Translations under genes and position numbers: made by a program
Notes under the pieces: generated by a model
What the model was told of the DNA's origin: nothing
The model's input: the letters and a program-made list of their open reading frames with translations, nothing else
Databases searched by the model: none
From: Stegastes partitus
Taxonomy: Eukaryota
Assembly (NCBI RefSeq): GCF_000690725.1
Contig: NW_007579125.1
Coordinates: 119,456 to 183,455 of the forward strand
Reading direction: 5' to 3'
Length of the DNA stretch: 64,000 bases
Shown here: positions 32,696-45,189 of the stretch, piece after piece
Numbering within the stretch: the first letter of the stretch is position 1
Layout: every line of letters starts with the position of its first letter

Positions 32696-33560
32696 AAAGA
32701 ACAAACAGAAGAACCAAAGATGCACCTACATGCATCAGTTAGCAATGACAATAAATCTGGATGGGAAAAAAGATGCTTATATTTGCCCTAATTGTACAAA
32801 GACGTATCTACATCCTGCTTACCCACGAACATTGAATATATTAGACAGATACTGCATATGAGTATTACATGCAGCACTGTAGTTCAGCAGTCCTGGAATA
32901 TGCGCCTTTCATAAAGCTCAGTTGCTGTTAAAACTGTCTTATAGGGGTCTTAATGCAGCTTTAATGACATATTTCAGTTTAACTGCATTGCATTGTTCAG
33001 GGGGGTGCTATTATTATCATTACTGTTACTGTGATTATTAATAATAGTAGCAGCTTTGAGTTGCCTGCTCTTAATGGACAAAATAACTGAAACGTTTGTC
33101 AGATTACATTGTTTGATGTAAACTCAGCGAGTCAGACCACTGCGCATGCGTACTATACATGCTTACAAAACAGAACACTGTTCATTACTTAAGCAAACTT
33201 TGCTTGAATAACAATAAAAACACAAATTGACAGTTTTCTAGCTTAATTCACACAGCTGACGGTGTGTTTTACTGCAGTTTAATGGATGAGTGACGTGCAC
33301 ACGTAGTAAATTACTGGTACATGCACTTAATTTACAGCTGCAATGTTAGCTAACAGCTAGCTGGTAGCATTATGTCACATTGACCTTTCCGAGCGACATT
33401 TAAACACAGTTGAATTATTTATAAACTCTACATACCTATTAAGACTCTCATAGCAAGAAGACTATCCTTCAAAGCTGGATGAAATTATCTGAACGTCGCT
33501 GAGACATAAACCTTATCCGAGTGACAAAAATGCTCTGAGCGTCAGTGAAATATTTTAGCG
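32696..33560. promoter_or_regulatory. divergent promoter between sdr39u1 (minus) and an unidentified plus-strand spliced transcript; CCAAT boxes present
   Basis: gaccaatagg at about 33568 and gattggctg (inverted CCAAT) at about 33627, followed by a putative exon ending ...cgtctcgggtttgatgcag|gtaagt at about 33668. Confidence 0.35.
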
Positions 33561-34299
33561 CGTTTGGACCAATAGGCGTTCCGTACTTCAGCCAGGAAGG
33601 TACGTCATTTTGTAGTTTAACAGCAGATTGGCTGTTCACAGAAGCAGCGTCGTCTCGGGTTTGATGCAGGTAAGTTCACGTTTGATTTTCATTTTGAAGA
33701 ATTCCGAGTAAATATAAACGAATTTCAAGTCACCCTAAATAGGTTGAGTCTTTATTTTGATAGTTTTTTAATGTTTTTAGATAATATCTTGCAAAAACTC
33801 TAAAAAAAAACAAACAAAAAAAACAACCAACCAAACAAACAAACAAAAATTTATCGTTTTTGCAGTGTTTAAGCTGTTATTTTTGATTTTTTTTTTTTTC
33901 TGGCACATTTGCTGCCAGATTTCTATTTGATTTATTTATTTTTTTTACTGGTTTTTACAGTTTTACTAAAACTCATCTAATCACCTGACTAAGCAGCTCA
34001 TTTTAACCAGAAATATACATGTATTTTTTATTGTTCTGTGCCCATAAAAAGCCCATTTATGTGTTTTTTTTCTGTTCACACTTGTCTAAATGAACACATA
34101 TTAATCAAACATATGAAAATGCAGAATATATTGGAAAATATTACATGCAGCACTGGTGCACAGTGTAATTGATTTGCATGTTTTCCAGCAGAGGAATACT
34201 GTACCTGTACATTGTACCTGTATTAATAAAGTTCACGCTGGGAAGTCAGCTAACAGGCTACAAAACTTCATCTGACTGAGTGAACAGTTTTACACTGAG

Positions 34300-35205
34300 T
34301 CAACATATAAATTCCATATAAACGGTATAAGCAGTATTTCCACAACTAAACAAGACTTTCAGAGTTACAGGGTTGTACATCAGCCCTTCAACTGATACAG
34401 CAGCTGTGAACCAGAATGTACTACTTGCTACTGAACGATATGAAGAAATATTACTGATTTTGTTTATTTTTTCTGGATTTTTATTTTTTTTATTTGAGGG
34501 TTGAGGGTAATAGAGGGGATGAGGCATGAAGAGAAGAGGGTAGAGAGGGTGGAGAGCAGATAGGGGTGAGGCTGAAGTCTGCAGTTTCATCTTGTCGTCC
34601 TGCAGATCTTTATTCCCGTCCTCCATTTCTGATTTCTGCAGCTTCAGTTCTTTGTTCTCTGTTTTTCCTTCTGCAGTTTTTCACTCTTCACCTCCATTTC
34701 TTTCTTTTCTCTTGCTTCAATTCTAGTTGTTCTTGTCCTGAAGTCCTTGTTTTTCGTCCTCCAGTTTTCTCTGTACTATTTCTTCCAATTCTGATTTTTT
34801 TCCCCCGGATTTCTCTTTTTTGCTCTTGCTCCAGTTCTTTCTTGAGATCTTCCAGCACTTTATTTCTCAGCATTTCTTCTCTGTCCTGCTCAAGCACCTT
34901 CTTCTCGTCCTGCAGCTCCTTGTTCTTCTGCTCGAGCTGTTTCTTATTTATCTGGACCTCTTTTTTCTGCTTCAGAAGTGAGATCTTCTCCTTTTACTGC
35001 CCCTTGTTTCTCTGCTCGAGGTTTTTCTGGACTTCTTCTGCAGCTCCAGAGATCCGTCTTTAGCCATCGAGAACTGTAGGTGCTCCTCCTGTCGTTTTCT
35101 TTCTTTGGCCTGCAGCAGCTCCTCCATCCAGCCGATCCTGGCTTTGGCGCTCACTACTTTATAGGAGTACTGCTCGTAGTCAGTGATGAGCTGCATGATG
35201 CTCAT
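34300..35205 (-). pseudogene. frameshifted E/K/R/Q-rich coiled-coil ORF fragments (possible decayed gene or retroelement ORF1-like remnant)
   Basis: Minus ORF-track pieces 34972..35205 (MSIMQLITDYEQYSYKVVSAKARIGWMEELLQAKERKRQEEHLQ...) and 34688..34897 (...LEQDREEMLRNKVLEDLKKELEQEQKREIRGKKIRIGRNSTEK...) lie in different frames. No splice structure could be built. Confidence 0.25.
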
Positions 35206-35276
35206 GATGCATCATGTTGTGGCTGTGCTTTCTCAGGTTGGTTTGAGAGGCACTAAAGTCTCTTTGGAGCCCAGTT

Positions 35277-35317
35277 CGGTTGCATTTCTTCTTTCTTTCT
35301 TTCTTTCTTTCATTCGT

Positions 35318-35368
<51 letters not shown>

Positions 35369-35377
35369 GTCTTTTTG
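35277..35377. repeat. (TTTC)n / (CTTT)n microsatellite
   Basis: ctttctttctttcattcgttctttctttctttctttctttctttctttctttctttctgtctttt. Confidence 0.9.
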
Positions 35378-38300
35378 GACACATCTTGAGTACTTCTGAA
35401 CAATTTTGAAACACTATGAAGAAATATTTAGTCACTTTGTGCAAATTTTCAGTCACTCTGGACAAATTTTGAGTTACTTGGACAAACTTTGAGTAATTCT
35501 GAACCAGGTCTGAGGCATTTTAAACATGTTTCGAGTCATTTTGGACAATCCAAATTCTGTTTTGAGGTTTTTTTTGAACAATTGCTATTAATTTTAGAAA
35601 GGTTTCAAATCATTTTGGACACATACCAAAGTATTTTGGCCAAATCTTGAGTAATTTTGGACAACTTTTCCTGTAATATATTTTTTATTGTTAGTGTTAT
35701 AATTAATTTTACTACTTTGTCAACCAGTTTAAGTATGAAGTTGCTGCATAAAGGTTGTTTTTCAATATCTAAAATATATATTTTTTATTTAATTTTGTAG
35801 CTGGATTATGATTTTTTTTCTTTACATTTCCAATAGAAAACGTTTTATTTTATTGACAGTATGTACTATACATGCATTAAAAACAATATGGCGTGTAAAA
35901 ATGTATTTTTAAAATAAGGGTTTTTGAAGTCGTTGCCGCTGCAGCTGTATTGAACCCGGAAGCAGGCGGCGGTGATCCAGAAACACGTGGTTTGTGATCA
36001 AGCGATAAATTGCGGCTCAGACTCATTAACTGTCTCTCTTCCTTGTTGCGGTGATGGAGGACGGACCAGCCGCAGCCGAGGCACCGAAATCAACCTGCTG
36101 AAGGCCTCGTTTCACGGTAAATATTCACGCTCAGCATCGGATCTCATCGTTTACATCGCAGCTGGTCCGTTTGTTGTCGTGTTTGCGGCGGTTTGCGGGT
36201 TATTTGTGCGCAGATCATCACCGTTAGCTCGATGCTTGTGTAGCGCCAAACCGACCTCATGGTGTCTGCTGATGAAAGGGTGCAGCCCTTTCAATCCACA
36301 TATCTGCTTTATACAGCCTGTGGTTTAGATTAAAACAGCTTAACTGGCGTTTTAATATCTGTATTTTTAACTATTCACTCTTCTGCTGCGTTCATGCATC
36401 ACGTTGGGCTGCAGGAATAGTGTATTAGTTTCACTATTAAACTGGGAGGGATCAGACGATAAAAGTTGTTTTCAGTTTATTTAGAACACCTAAATACAAC
36501 AGAATCAGTCTTATTATACTCTTTTTAGTCTCTTTTTATTATTTTTGAACCATTTTGCAGAGGGTACATGTCATTTTCTACCACTTTGAGTCTTTTTTGA
36601 ACCAGTTACTTGTGGTTTTGTAGTGATGAAAAGCTGAAAATGAAAGGAGAGAATGGTGGGTTTAATCTTTTTATGTTGGATAAGACGGGCCTTTCTTAAA
36701 CCCACTGACAGGAAATGTGCAACTTTACAGCAGCGACAGGGATATTGCAAAAAATGTAAAGGCATGAGTTGAAAAAATACAAATAAGCATCATATATGTA
36801 CACACAAATTCTGTTTGTATTGTAAAGATTAAATATGTGGAAGTTCAGATGGCTCACATATTTGACTGAATGTGGTGAATTGTGGTATTGCACAGATTCT
36901 ATTAATGCTGCACATATTCTTGTAGCTGTAGTTAAAGTTGATGTTGTACAGAGACTTATTAACCGCATAAAATTTTCAGATTCACTCTTTGTTAATGGTG
37001 TATTCGATGAGTTACACTTGCTTACAAAACCGCAACGAGAGCAGCTCCGTCCGACCTGAACTCTCTCATTCAGGTCTACACTCCCTCTCCTCACTACGCT
37101 CGACCAACAAAAACCGCCTGACACAACCACCACAGCAGGGCCGAGGTCGATAGCCTGACTCTCCTCTGTGGTGGAACGAGTCACCAAACTCTGTTCAATC
37201 TGCTGATTCCCTCTCAAGACATCCTATTACCTCCCACACAGCCTGCTATCGGCATCAGCGCCCTGTCACACTTGAACTTGTCCTGTGGCACTTATCCAGA
37301 TTGTTTTTTCCTGACTAGGTCCATGCTTGTGTTGCATCTGCTCTCAGATGTGCGTCGCTTTGGATAAAAGCGTCTGCTAAATGAAACTGTAGTTTAAGTC
37401 ATGGCCTCAGTCCACGTGGAAGTTGTAGGTTAATCAGCATAAACTCTATTTTAAACACCGAATTAAACCTGATGTAGTTATAATACAACAGTTCTGCAAT
37501 GTGGGTCGTCTTAAGTTATTTTTGCGTTACTGAGAAGGTTTTCTGTTTTGTCAACTGTATATCAGATAAAGAGACTTAAATAGTTTGACACTGCTATAAA
37601 ATCACAAATCCTTCAAAATGAGCCTCAAGCAGTTTAAACTAAAACTGGACTTTATAACCTGCATGAGAACATTTTTAGGACAGTTTTAGCTCGTTTACAT
37701 AAAATAGCAGCTGGATGTAAAACCTCCATCTTCCACGGAGAGACTTTTTTTTTTTTTTTAAACTTCTGAGGAGCTGCAGATCTTAAACATGTCCCACTTC
37801 TGTTTTTGAATGAATCCACTTGTCAAACCTTGATGATGAGCTGCATGTGAGTCCGTGTTTCACCTGAACCTCGTGATTACTCTTCACTGCGCTGATGGTT
37901 TGACTACACGGATAGAAGTCGGGACGTTTGGTGGATTCAGAGTTGGAACTAACCTCTCACTTTTTTATTTTTGTTCTTTTCGTGTGTTTTTTAGGACTGA
38001 AGAACCCACGATGGACATATTTTTATAAGGTAAAGTTTGTGCCTTTCACTCACTGATGCCTGGAGTTGCACATTAATATTCAGTATGTCTGCAGGTCACC
38101 ATTTTAGTTTCCATAAAAATAAGATTTTCAAAGATTTTTCTTCCTTCTGTAGATTTTAACATCCATCTATAAAATGCTGGAGAGTGTAATATTTGCTATA
38201 ATTTGAGCTGCAGAAAAGCAAATTCTCACATTTGAGATGCTAGAAATACCAAATACTTACATGATCAACCTAAATAGATGAATTAAGTGATTTATTTCAG

Positions 38301-40806
38301 CTGCAGTTGTTAAATATTACTGACACATGTAATATATAAACTCGTGCACTTGTGGTAAATCTACCTTTTAAAACACGCCTTCATTCCCTCGTTTTAATTT
38401 ACACGCCTTCATACTTTGAAAGGTGTCATTTTGAAACAGGAGTTTAACTTAATTCGGTGCACACTTCCATCCTTGAACCTCCAAACTGACCTTAAAGCTG
38501 AATTAACCTCTTGGTTTGATTTAAAAAAAATAATTCACCTTTTTGTCGTTTCCCCTCTTTTCCAGGTGGTGAGAACCCTGCAGGAGCTCCAGCTCTGCTT
38601 TATCGCCTCAGTTTGAGGTCTTCTAGTTTAAATCTGAATATTGATGCTTTGTCATAGTGTTTAGTCTGTTTAGAGCGGTAATGAATCCTGATTTAAGATA
38701 CTTGGTGGACGCTTTATTAGCAATATCTGTACAGTTGGTTGCATTTCAATAAAGCAGCTCTGCTATACTTGAGGATGTGTTGTCAGTTTTTGTTACTGAA
38801 AATGTGTGAGCTCAGTTATTTTAAATGATCGAGGTCTTTCAGGGGAAGTCTGTCGATCTGGAGGAAGATTATTTAGATGAACTCAGCTGTATTTATAAAG
38901 CACTTCAACACAGCAAACATGGAAACAAAGTGCTGAACACAAAATATACAACAATTTAAAACATCTAAAATACACAATACAATAAAATTATTATAAAATC
39001 ATTAAAAAGGACAATAAGAACAGTAAAAACAATAAAACTGGAGTCTCATGCCAGGTCATAAAAGTGAGTTTTCAGACAGGTTTTATAACTTAAGATGGTT
39101 AACATCACACTCAAACTGAGCATGCCTGTGTTCAGTATCTGCTGGATTATTATTGTTTGGATCAGTCAGCCACTTTATTTTTCCGTTTGCAGAGCAGATA
39201 GCGAGCAGATGTTTGATCACCTGTGTTAGATTAGTTTTGCTGGCTCTGCTTTTGAATTAAATGGTGAAGTTGACTGAATTATAAGGTTTTCCAACTTTTT
39301 GCTATCAATTTTTTTTTGGTTGCATAAGTAAAAAATAAATTAATTTTCCAATATAATGGAATTTAAATGGTCAAACTTGTCAATCTCAACTTAACACCAG
39401 AAGCTTTATCGAAGCAGTTTGTGACCAAACAGTTGTATTAAATTGTAGAGCAAGTGTTTATGAACTGTGAAGACGGTAAATAAAGCAGAGTTGAAATGGT
39501 GTCTAGTTTGCAGATCAAGTAGAGGCTGGAAGTTGTCACAGAATATGTATGAGGTTCATCAATAGCTGGGCATTTGGTAGTGATTAAATGTTGCCTGCTG
39601 TTGGTAAATCGTCACTGAACACGTCGAAGCAAATGACTGAATTTCAGTAGAAAACTGTTTTTGATTTGTGACTGGATCTTAAATCCTAAAGCAGTTTGTA
39701 CTCCGATATTAGATGGTCTGCACTCACATAGCGCTTTGTGTTTTCTCAGTCACACATTCACACACCAATGGCCACAGAGCTGCCATGCAAGGTGCTGCCT
39801 GCCATTGGGAGCAACTTCAGGTTCAGCGTCTTGCCCGAGGACACTTAGACTGTGGAGGGGATCGAACCGCCAACCTTACGATAGGAGGACAACCTGCTAG
39901 ATGTGGTTTTGATAAGCTGAGTACCTTTCTGTGTGTAAAACAACAAAATCCTAAGTGTAGCATCAGTAAATGTCATTTTATTGAGCTAAAACATTTCATT
40001 AATCGTAAGAAAAAATGAAGTGTCACAAAACAGTTCAGTGCTTTAACGGCAACACATCAGCGTGAACTCAGGACAGAAGCTGTGAACCACGTCGTAAATA
40101 AACTCTCTGAGCAACTTTAAGTACATCAGTAAATCCCACATCCCGATAATCTCAAGAAGAATTTGAGTGTCTAAATGACAGAAATACACAAATAGATGAA
40201 AGAAGACCAAGTCTAAACGTCAAGTTTCTGTGTAGGTTCATAACCGACAGTGTTTGATGTGAAAAGTTAGGACAAAACTTTATGCACCGTGTTAGAGTCC
40301 AGCTCCAAACATTTCAAAGAGGAGCATAAGAATTTCAAGAGTGAATTTAAGTCAACACTGTCATGTGTTTGTTAGAAAATGTGTGATTATTGTTAGAAAA
40401 TGTAGGAAATGACCAAAACAGTTTAAATAAAGTAGATCTTCATAAGAGAAATTATAATCCCTCATCAACACTGTACGTTCATAGACGCTCACAGATGTGC
40501 TGAAAACATGCTCTTTATAGTGTTTTATAAAGCATTTATTATATGTATTATTTACAAATGCATTGAAGTGTGTTTAGTAAGTCATTACAGTATCATGTAT
40601 TGTGCTGTTGTCTGGAACTCTAAAAATGTAAAAAATAAAAAAACTATTTACAGTCCTGGTATACAGGTATAAAGGTGCAGCCACCATTATTCAGCAATAA
40701 AACTCATATTTCAGCACTTTGGCTCGTCTGCTGCCTCGCAACAAAGTCAACATGCTCCACATGCAGCTTCGCAATTTTCCATTTCTGTACAAAGTCCATT
40801 CTGATC

Positions 40807-41055
40807 TCAAAGTTCATTTCCAGTCATTGCAGTCGAGGTGTTGTTCGGAGAGTCAGTGTTGCTGTGTCCCGCATTGTCTTTACCCCCCCATCTGCTCTTT
40901 TTGTTGCCCAGCGACTCGGACGCCGTCCCCTCGAACAGCTTCGCCATGAAGGCGAAGCCGTTCTGCTTGATGTACGACTTCCCAGCGAAGGTGTAGAGGA
41001 CGGGATTGGCACAGCTGCTGATGAAGGCCAGGGCCGAGGTGACGGCACGACTGGA
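40807..41055 (-). CDS. ltb4r: ltb4r-like exon 3 (TM7 and C-tail; stop at 40809..40807)
   Basis: ORF-track ORF 40807..41088. Acceptor catctctcag| (phase 0). Encodes SSRAVTSALAFISSCANPVLYTFAGKSYIKQNGFAFMAKLFEGTASESLGNKKSRWGGKDNAGHSNTDSPNNTSTAMTGNEL*. An alternative acceptor at 41076/41075 would add LDHISQ if paired with the alternative exon-2 donor. Confidence 0.6.
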   Translation of the reverse strand, partial: SSRAVTSALAFISSCANPVLYTFAGKSYIKQNGFAFMAKLFEGTASESLGNKKSRWGGKDNAGHSNTDSPNNTSTAMTGNEL

Positions 41056-44000
41056 CTGAGAGATGTGGTCCAATCTGCATGTAAACACAACGTTTAGATG
41101 TTTATTTCTGGTGAACAGTGAATGTTCAGTGTGATGACCCCTGAGGTCAACTTAAGGGGGGTAGTTTGTTCTATTGGTTCTGCAGGTTGCTGATGGTTGT
41201 AATCAAGAGAACTCTTGGGCTCTGGTGTGTTCCAGGGTTACTTAAGAGCTGGATGCTGTTAAACATCCTCTCTGCTTCCCTCCTCTGGTAACACTCTGAT
41301 GTTTTAGCCTTGCTCTGTAGGATTTGGTTTGCATTTACAGACGTGATTCACACATGCGTCACACACCACTGACTCTACTGATTCTCATAGCGCCACACTA
41401 CTTTGGCTTTTAATTTGACTTGATTTAAGTTAATAAAAACAAGCTTTAATTGTTATACTTGGTGTGCCCTCCCTATTTTTGTTGTGGCCATTTTGAGGCC
41501 GGTCATAACATTAGTGATATTCAGTCGGATCCTTCTTGATTATCCTGCTCTCAGACCAACAGATTCAACAAACTAAAGTCCATTATTGTAATGATATTGT
41601 ACAAGTATTGTACATTATTTGCATTTATTGTAAAAGTAGATCAAATAATCTGGAATTACGAATGAGTTAAAATGTGAAAAATAAATGCAGCTGGTGTAAA
41701 AACCTTTATCTTTGAGCACCGATTAACAAAACAAATCAATAATGCGAAAGTCAAGCAGTGATATTTTCTAAACCTCATGCAGTTATGATTTCATAAAAGT
41801 TTCAAGTAAATCAGAGATGGTTGAGCAAAAGGTTCCTGATAGTTTGAGATGGACGAACCCCTGTAGAGAGAATGCAAAGTGATGGATGGATGGACCATCG
41901 CAAAAATAAAAAACGTTGCAGTGAAGCTTCAACAGAAACATAAGAACCTCTGATTGAATTCAATCCAAATCACAGTGTCGAACGCAAAAATCACTTAAAA
42001 ACTTATTTCTAGACTTTTTGATGAAGTGTTACAGCGCGCAGAATTAAATAGTTAATTGTTGCATCAACCATAAAGCTTTGGCTGTTACACAACCCCAGAC
42101 AGACTTAATATCAGCTTTGAAATACTGAGTATGGTTATCAATCCTGTGTTATTTTAGCTGCCGTCTGAATGTATACAGCAGTTTTATATTAAGTTTTATT
42201 TTTAAAAAAACAATAAAAACTCTCTGCATTTGTACCAATTTCAGCAGAAACAACCACTTTCTACTGCAGTAACTCTTAATAATCAACGACATGTGATTGA
42301 AACCTTAAGAAAAAAAAAGTTGTGTTTGAATTTGTTGATAAACTCTTTCATTACTCACATCTCTCTTGTGGGTGAATCTTCTTTGTACCACTCAGCTGCC
42401 ACCTAAGACACCAAAACCACCAAAACGCAGTCAGTACCCTTTAAAAAAAAAAGCTGTCCAATAATTGATCCGCATCCAGAACCGTGATCCGATGTCACCA
42501 CACACCTGTATCATGTTGATGACGTGGTACGGCAGCCAGAACAGGCCGAACATCACCACGATAGCCAGGATGAGCTTCTCGCTGCGGATCTTTCGGCGGA
42601 ACTTGGTCTGCCTGAGGCGTCTCAGGATGAGAACGTAGCTGGTTATGATGATGGCGTAGGGAAGAATGAACCCGGCCACTGTCTCGAAGGCGTACTGGAA
42701 CCTCACCTGCACACGGGAGGATAAAAAATCATATCTGTAGTCTCTGTGGACATAAACTGATGTGCCAAAACAAGGCAGAGCAGGGCTGAAATGATTGGCT
42801 GGTTGCTGTTTAATTAATTTCTAAAGTAAAAGTAGTTAAAAACAAAAAAACGCTACAATTTCTTCTGATTCTCAAATGAAGGGTTTACAGTTTTTCTTTA
42901 TCATACTGCATGTAAAATTCTTAAAAGGTCTTTTGGAGATTTTTTAAAACGGGCAATACATACATACATTTAATGTTCAAACATTAAAAGTAATTACAGT
43001 TAAAAAAAAAAAAAAAAAAAAAGGAGATTGAGGCAGTTAAAAATGAATGTAGCATTTACGTCTTTTTTTTGTCAAAGATTTAAATACAGTGAAAAAAAAT
43101 AGTGAGATTTTATGGAAAAATGTAAAAAACTAATTACCAGACAGAGTTATTTTAAAATCCTTAATATGCACAGTAAATATCTGTAAAACAGTGATATCTT
43201 CCCTGACTTTAAACCCTTTAAAAAAAGATAAAAATAAAAATTCAATGGGGAAACATTGTAGGAGAATCAATAGATGTTTATACATTTAGACAGATTTTTT
43301 CAAGAGGACAATATTTCAACTTTTGGCATTTTTTATTATTTGTAATTTTTTTACAGTTCACGTGTAAATTAATAATATTTATCCTGTGATTTTACTAGTT
43401 ATTGTCTGTATTTGAACAAAAACGTGAAAATCTTTAAAATGACAGTACTTCTTGAAAAAAAATGACAGTTAAAACTGTTTCGAAACTTAAATTTTTGTAT
43501 TCTGTCTTGGGTAAATATGGATGTAAGATGCATCTGGGCTGGTTGGTGGAAGCATACAGCTACAAGGCGTTGATTCTAACTGTTCTGGAGCTTTTGATAG
43601 TAACACATGATCATCAGCAGCAGATGAAGCTGCCCAGCTGTCATGGACTCTCAGAGGTTCAAATCTCTTTTAAAGGAACAATCCTGAAAATATTCAGCTC
43701 AGTAGCAGATAATAAACATGATCAGTCCTGGTTTACTTACATGTCGGGCCTCAGTGTGATTGGGCGCACACACGTGTCTGGTTCTGTTCTTCTCGTCGCT
43801 GTCTTCTCTCACATCTCGAAACACCAGCGAAGGGATAGCAATGACCATCACCAGCACCCACATGCCCACGATGACCCTCGTCACCACCTTCCTGCTGATC
43901 ATGTAGGACAGTTTCCGCGGAAACACCACGGACACCAGCCTGTGCACGCTCATCAGGGTGATGAGGAAGATGGAGGCGTACATGTTGGCGTTGCACAAGT

Positions 44001-44340
44001 AGAACAGGGTCTTGCACATGGGGTTGCCGAAGATCCACGTCTGCTTGGCCAGGTAGATGATGAAGAAGATGGTGAGGGCCATGAGGAAGCCGTCGGCGCA
44101 CGCCAGATTGAGGATGAGGAGCGTGGTGACCGAGCGTCGCCGGATGCGCGCCAGGATGCTCCAGACGATGAAGAGGTTGCCGGGGACGCCCAGGAGGAAG
44201 ACCAGGCCGAGGATGAGGGCGCCCAACGTGGTGGAGAAGTCATTGCTCACAACGCTGTCGTCCTCGACGCTGTCGTCCTCGACGTTCGTCTCGTTGATGG
44301 GGAGGGGGGCAGTCAGCAGGGAGCGAGTGAAGTTGCTCAT
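40807..44340 (-). CDS. ltb4r: leukotriene B4 receptor-like GPCR (ltb4r-like): gene span, CDS in 3 exons, 349 aa
   Basis: Three minus-strand segments join into one class-A GPCR. Key stretches: GVPGNLFIVWSILARIRRRSVTTLLILNLACAD...NMYASIFLITLMS; FETVAGFILPYAIIITSY...FRRKIRSEKLILAIVVMFGLFWLPYHVINM; ALAFISSCANPVLYTFAG...FMAKLFEGTASES. These closely resemble human BLT1 as recalled from memory (GLPGNSFVVWSIL..RSVTAL.VLNLALAD; SMYASVLLITAMS; FEAVTGFLLP; FAAFWLPYHVVN; VNPVLY; FVAKLLEGTGSEAS). LTB4R is a neighbour of SDR39U1 and NFATC4 on human 14q12. Confidence 0.65.
42506..42706 (-). CDS. ltb4r: ltb4r-like exon 2 (TM5-TM6)
   Basis: ORF-track ORF 42431..42712. Acceptor cccgtgtgcag|. Encodes VRFQYAFETVAGFILPYAIIITSYVLILRRLRQTKFRRKIRSEKLILAIVVMFGLFWLPYHVINMIQ. 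Donor cag|gtgtgt; an alternative phase-2 donor lies 2 nt downstream. Confidence 0.65.
43741..44340 (-). CDS. ltb4r: ltb4r-like exon 1 (ATG 44340..44338; N-terminus through TM4/ECL2)
   Basis: ORF-track ORF 43699..44340. Encodes MSNFTRSLLTAPLPINETNVEDDSVEDDSVVSN...CAPNHTEARH, followed by a perfect donor gtaagt. Two N-glycosylation sites (NFT, NET). Confidence 0.7.
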
Positions 44341-45189
44341 CCTTGAAGAAGTTTATGAACCTGAAGCCGGGAGACAAAGTTAGAACCTGAAACAGAAACC
44401 TCACCTTTGCTCTCATTCACTAGCTCGTTATCTATAATGAGTTCAGTAGAGCTCTGTGTTTTGACAACCCACTTTAACCCGTTCATCCCTTTAAAGTGAA
44501 AAAGACTGAAAGCTCGGAGGCATTTTGTTCAATCGATGGTAAAGTGAAAATACTGTGAAACCCACAGGTTGTGCAAACCAGGTATGTGCCCTCATAGATG
44601 ACAGATGAGAGAGGAAACTGCTGTTTGTGTCTTATTACAAAGCAGGAGATCATTGTTTCTGCAGTACTTGTATCTTAAAATGGTTTACAATTAAATGTTA
44701 GCATTGTGAGACTATCAAATTATAATATTCAGAGTGGGCCCATTATATTGAAGCTACAGTGGCGTGTAAGGCAGTGCCGAGGCCAGATACTTTTTAATAG
44801 GAGTGGCCAGGCTTAAATTGCCAAAATAGTAAATCTTCTTGGAAACTTTCTTCCATCATTTGCTACTGCAGACACATTCTGACTCACTGGCTGTAGATTG
44901 CGTGTATAAACCTGCCATTTGCCGCGCATTTTATCTCTCTTTCTCCTCCCCTTTCAAGGTTTGCAGAGGAGCTGTACTGAGCAGTAAGGCATCCACGCTA
45001 GTTTGTAGGGGTTGTGAATGAACCGTTTTAACAGCAGCTCTCGCGTCCCTGCATGTACATTTTCCAACAAAACAATTCAGCCAGCACTATTTTCAGTGGG
45101 ACACCATTGCTGCATCCTGGGCTTAGCTCCACCCAAGATGATTGGTTAAAAGAAATACCAAACAAGTCAGAACAGTTTATCCCCTTCAG

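Larger units (their letters stand above)
33560..38617 (+). ncRNA. plus-strand spliced transcript of unknown identity with tiny exons (about 33560-33668, 36000-36118, 37987-38024, 38567-38617+); no convincing ORF
   Basis: Each exon is flanked by a good acceptor (ttttag|, ctcttttccag|) and donor (gtaagt, gtaaat, gtaaag). The only frame open across exons 2-4 (..EINLLKASFHG/LKNPRWTYFYK/VVRTLQELQLCFIASV*) has no ATG. The ATG-initiated frame in exon 2 stops after 15 codons (MEDGPAAAEAPKSTC*). Confidence 0.3.

Noticed and set aside
36696-37217. 173-aa minus ORF and overlapping plus ORF 36835..37059
   Set aside because: No start context, no splice structure, and no family resemblance. The sequence is AT-rich with no codon-usage signal.
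43462-44346. 294-aa plus-strand ORF
   Set aside because: Exactly antisense to ltb4r-like coding exon 1. The His/Asp/Glu-rich low-complexity translation is typical of antisense GPCR frames.
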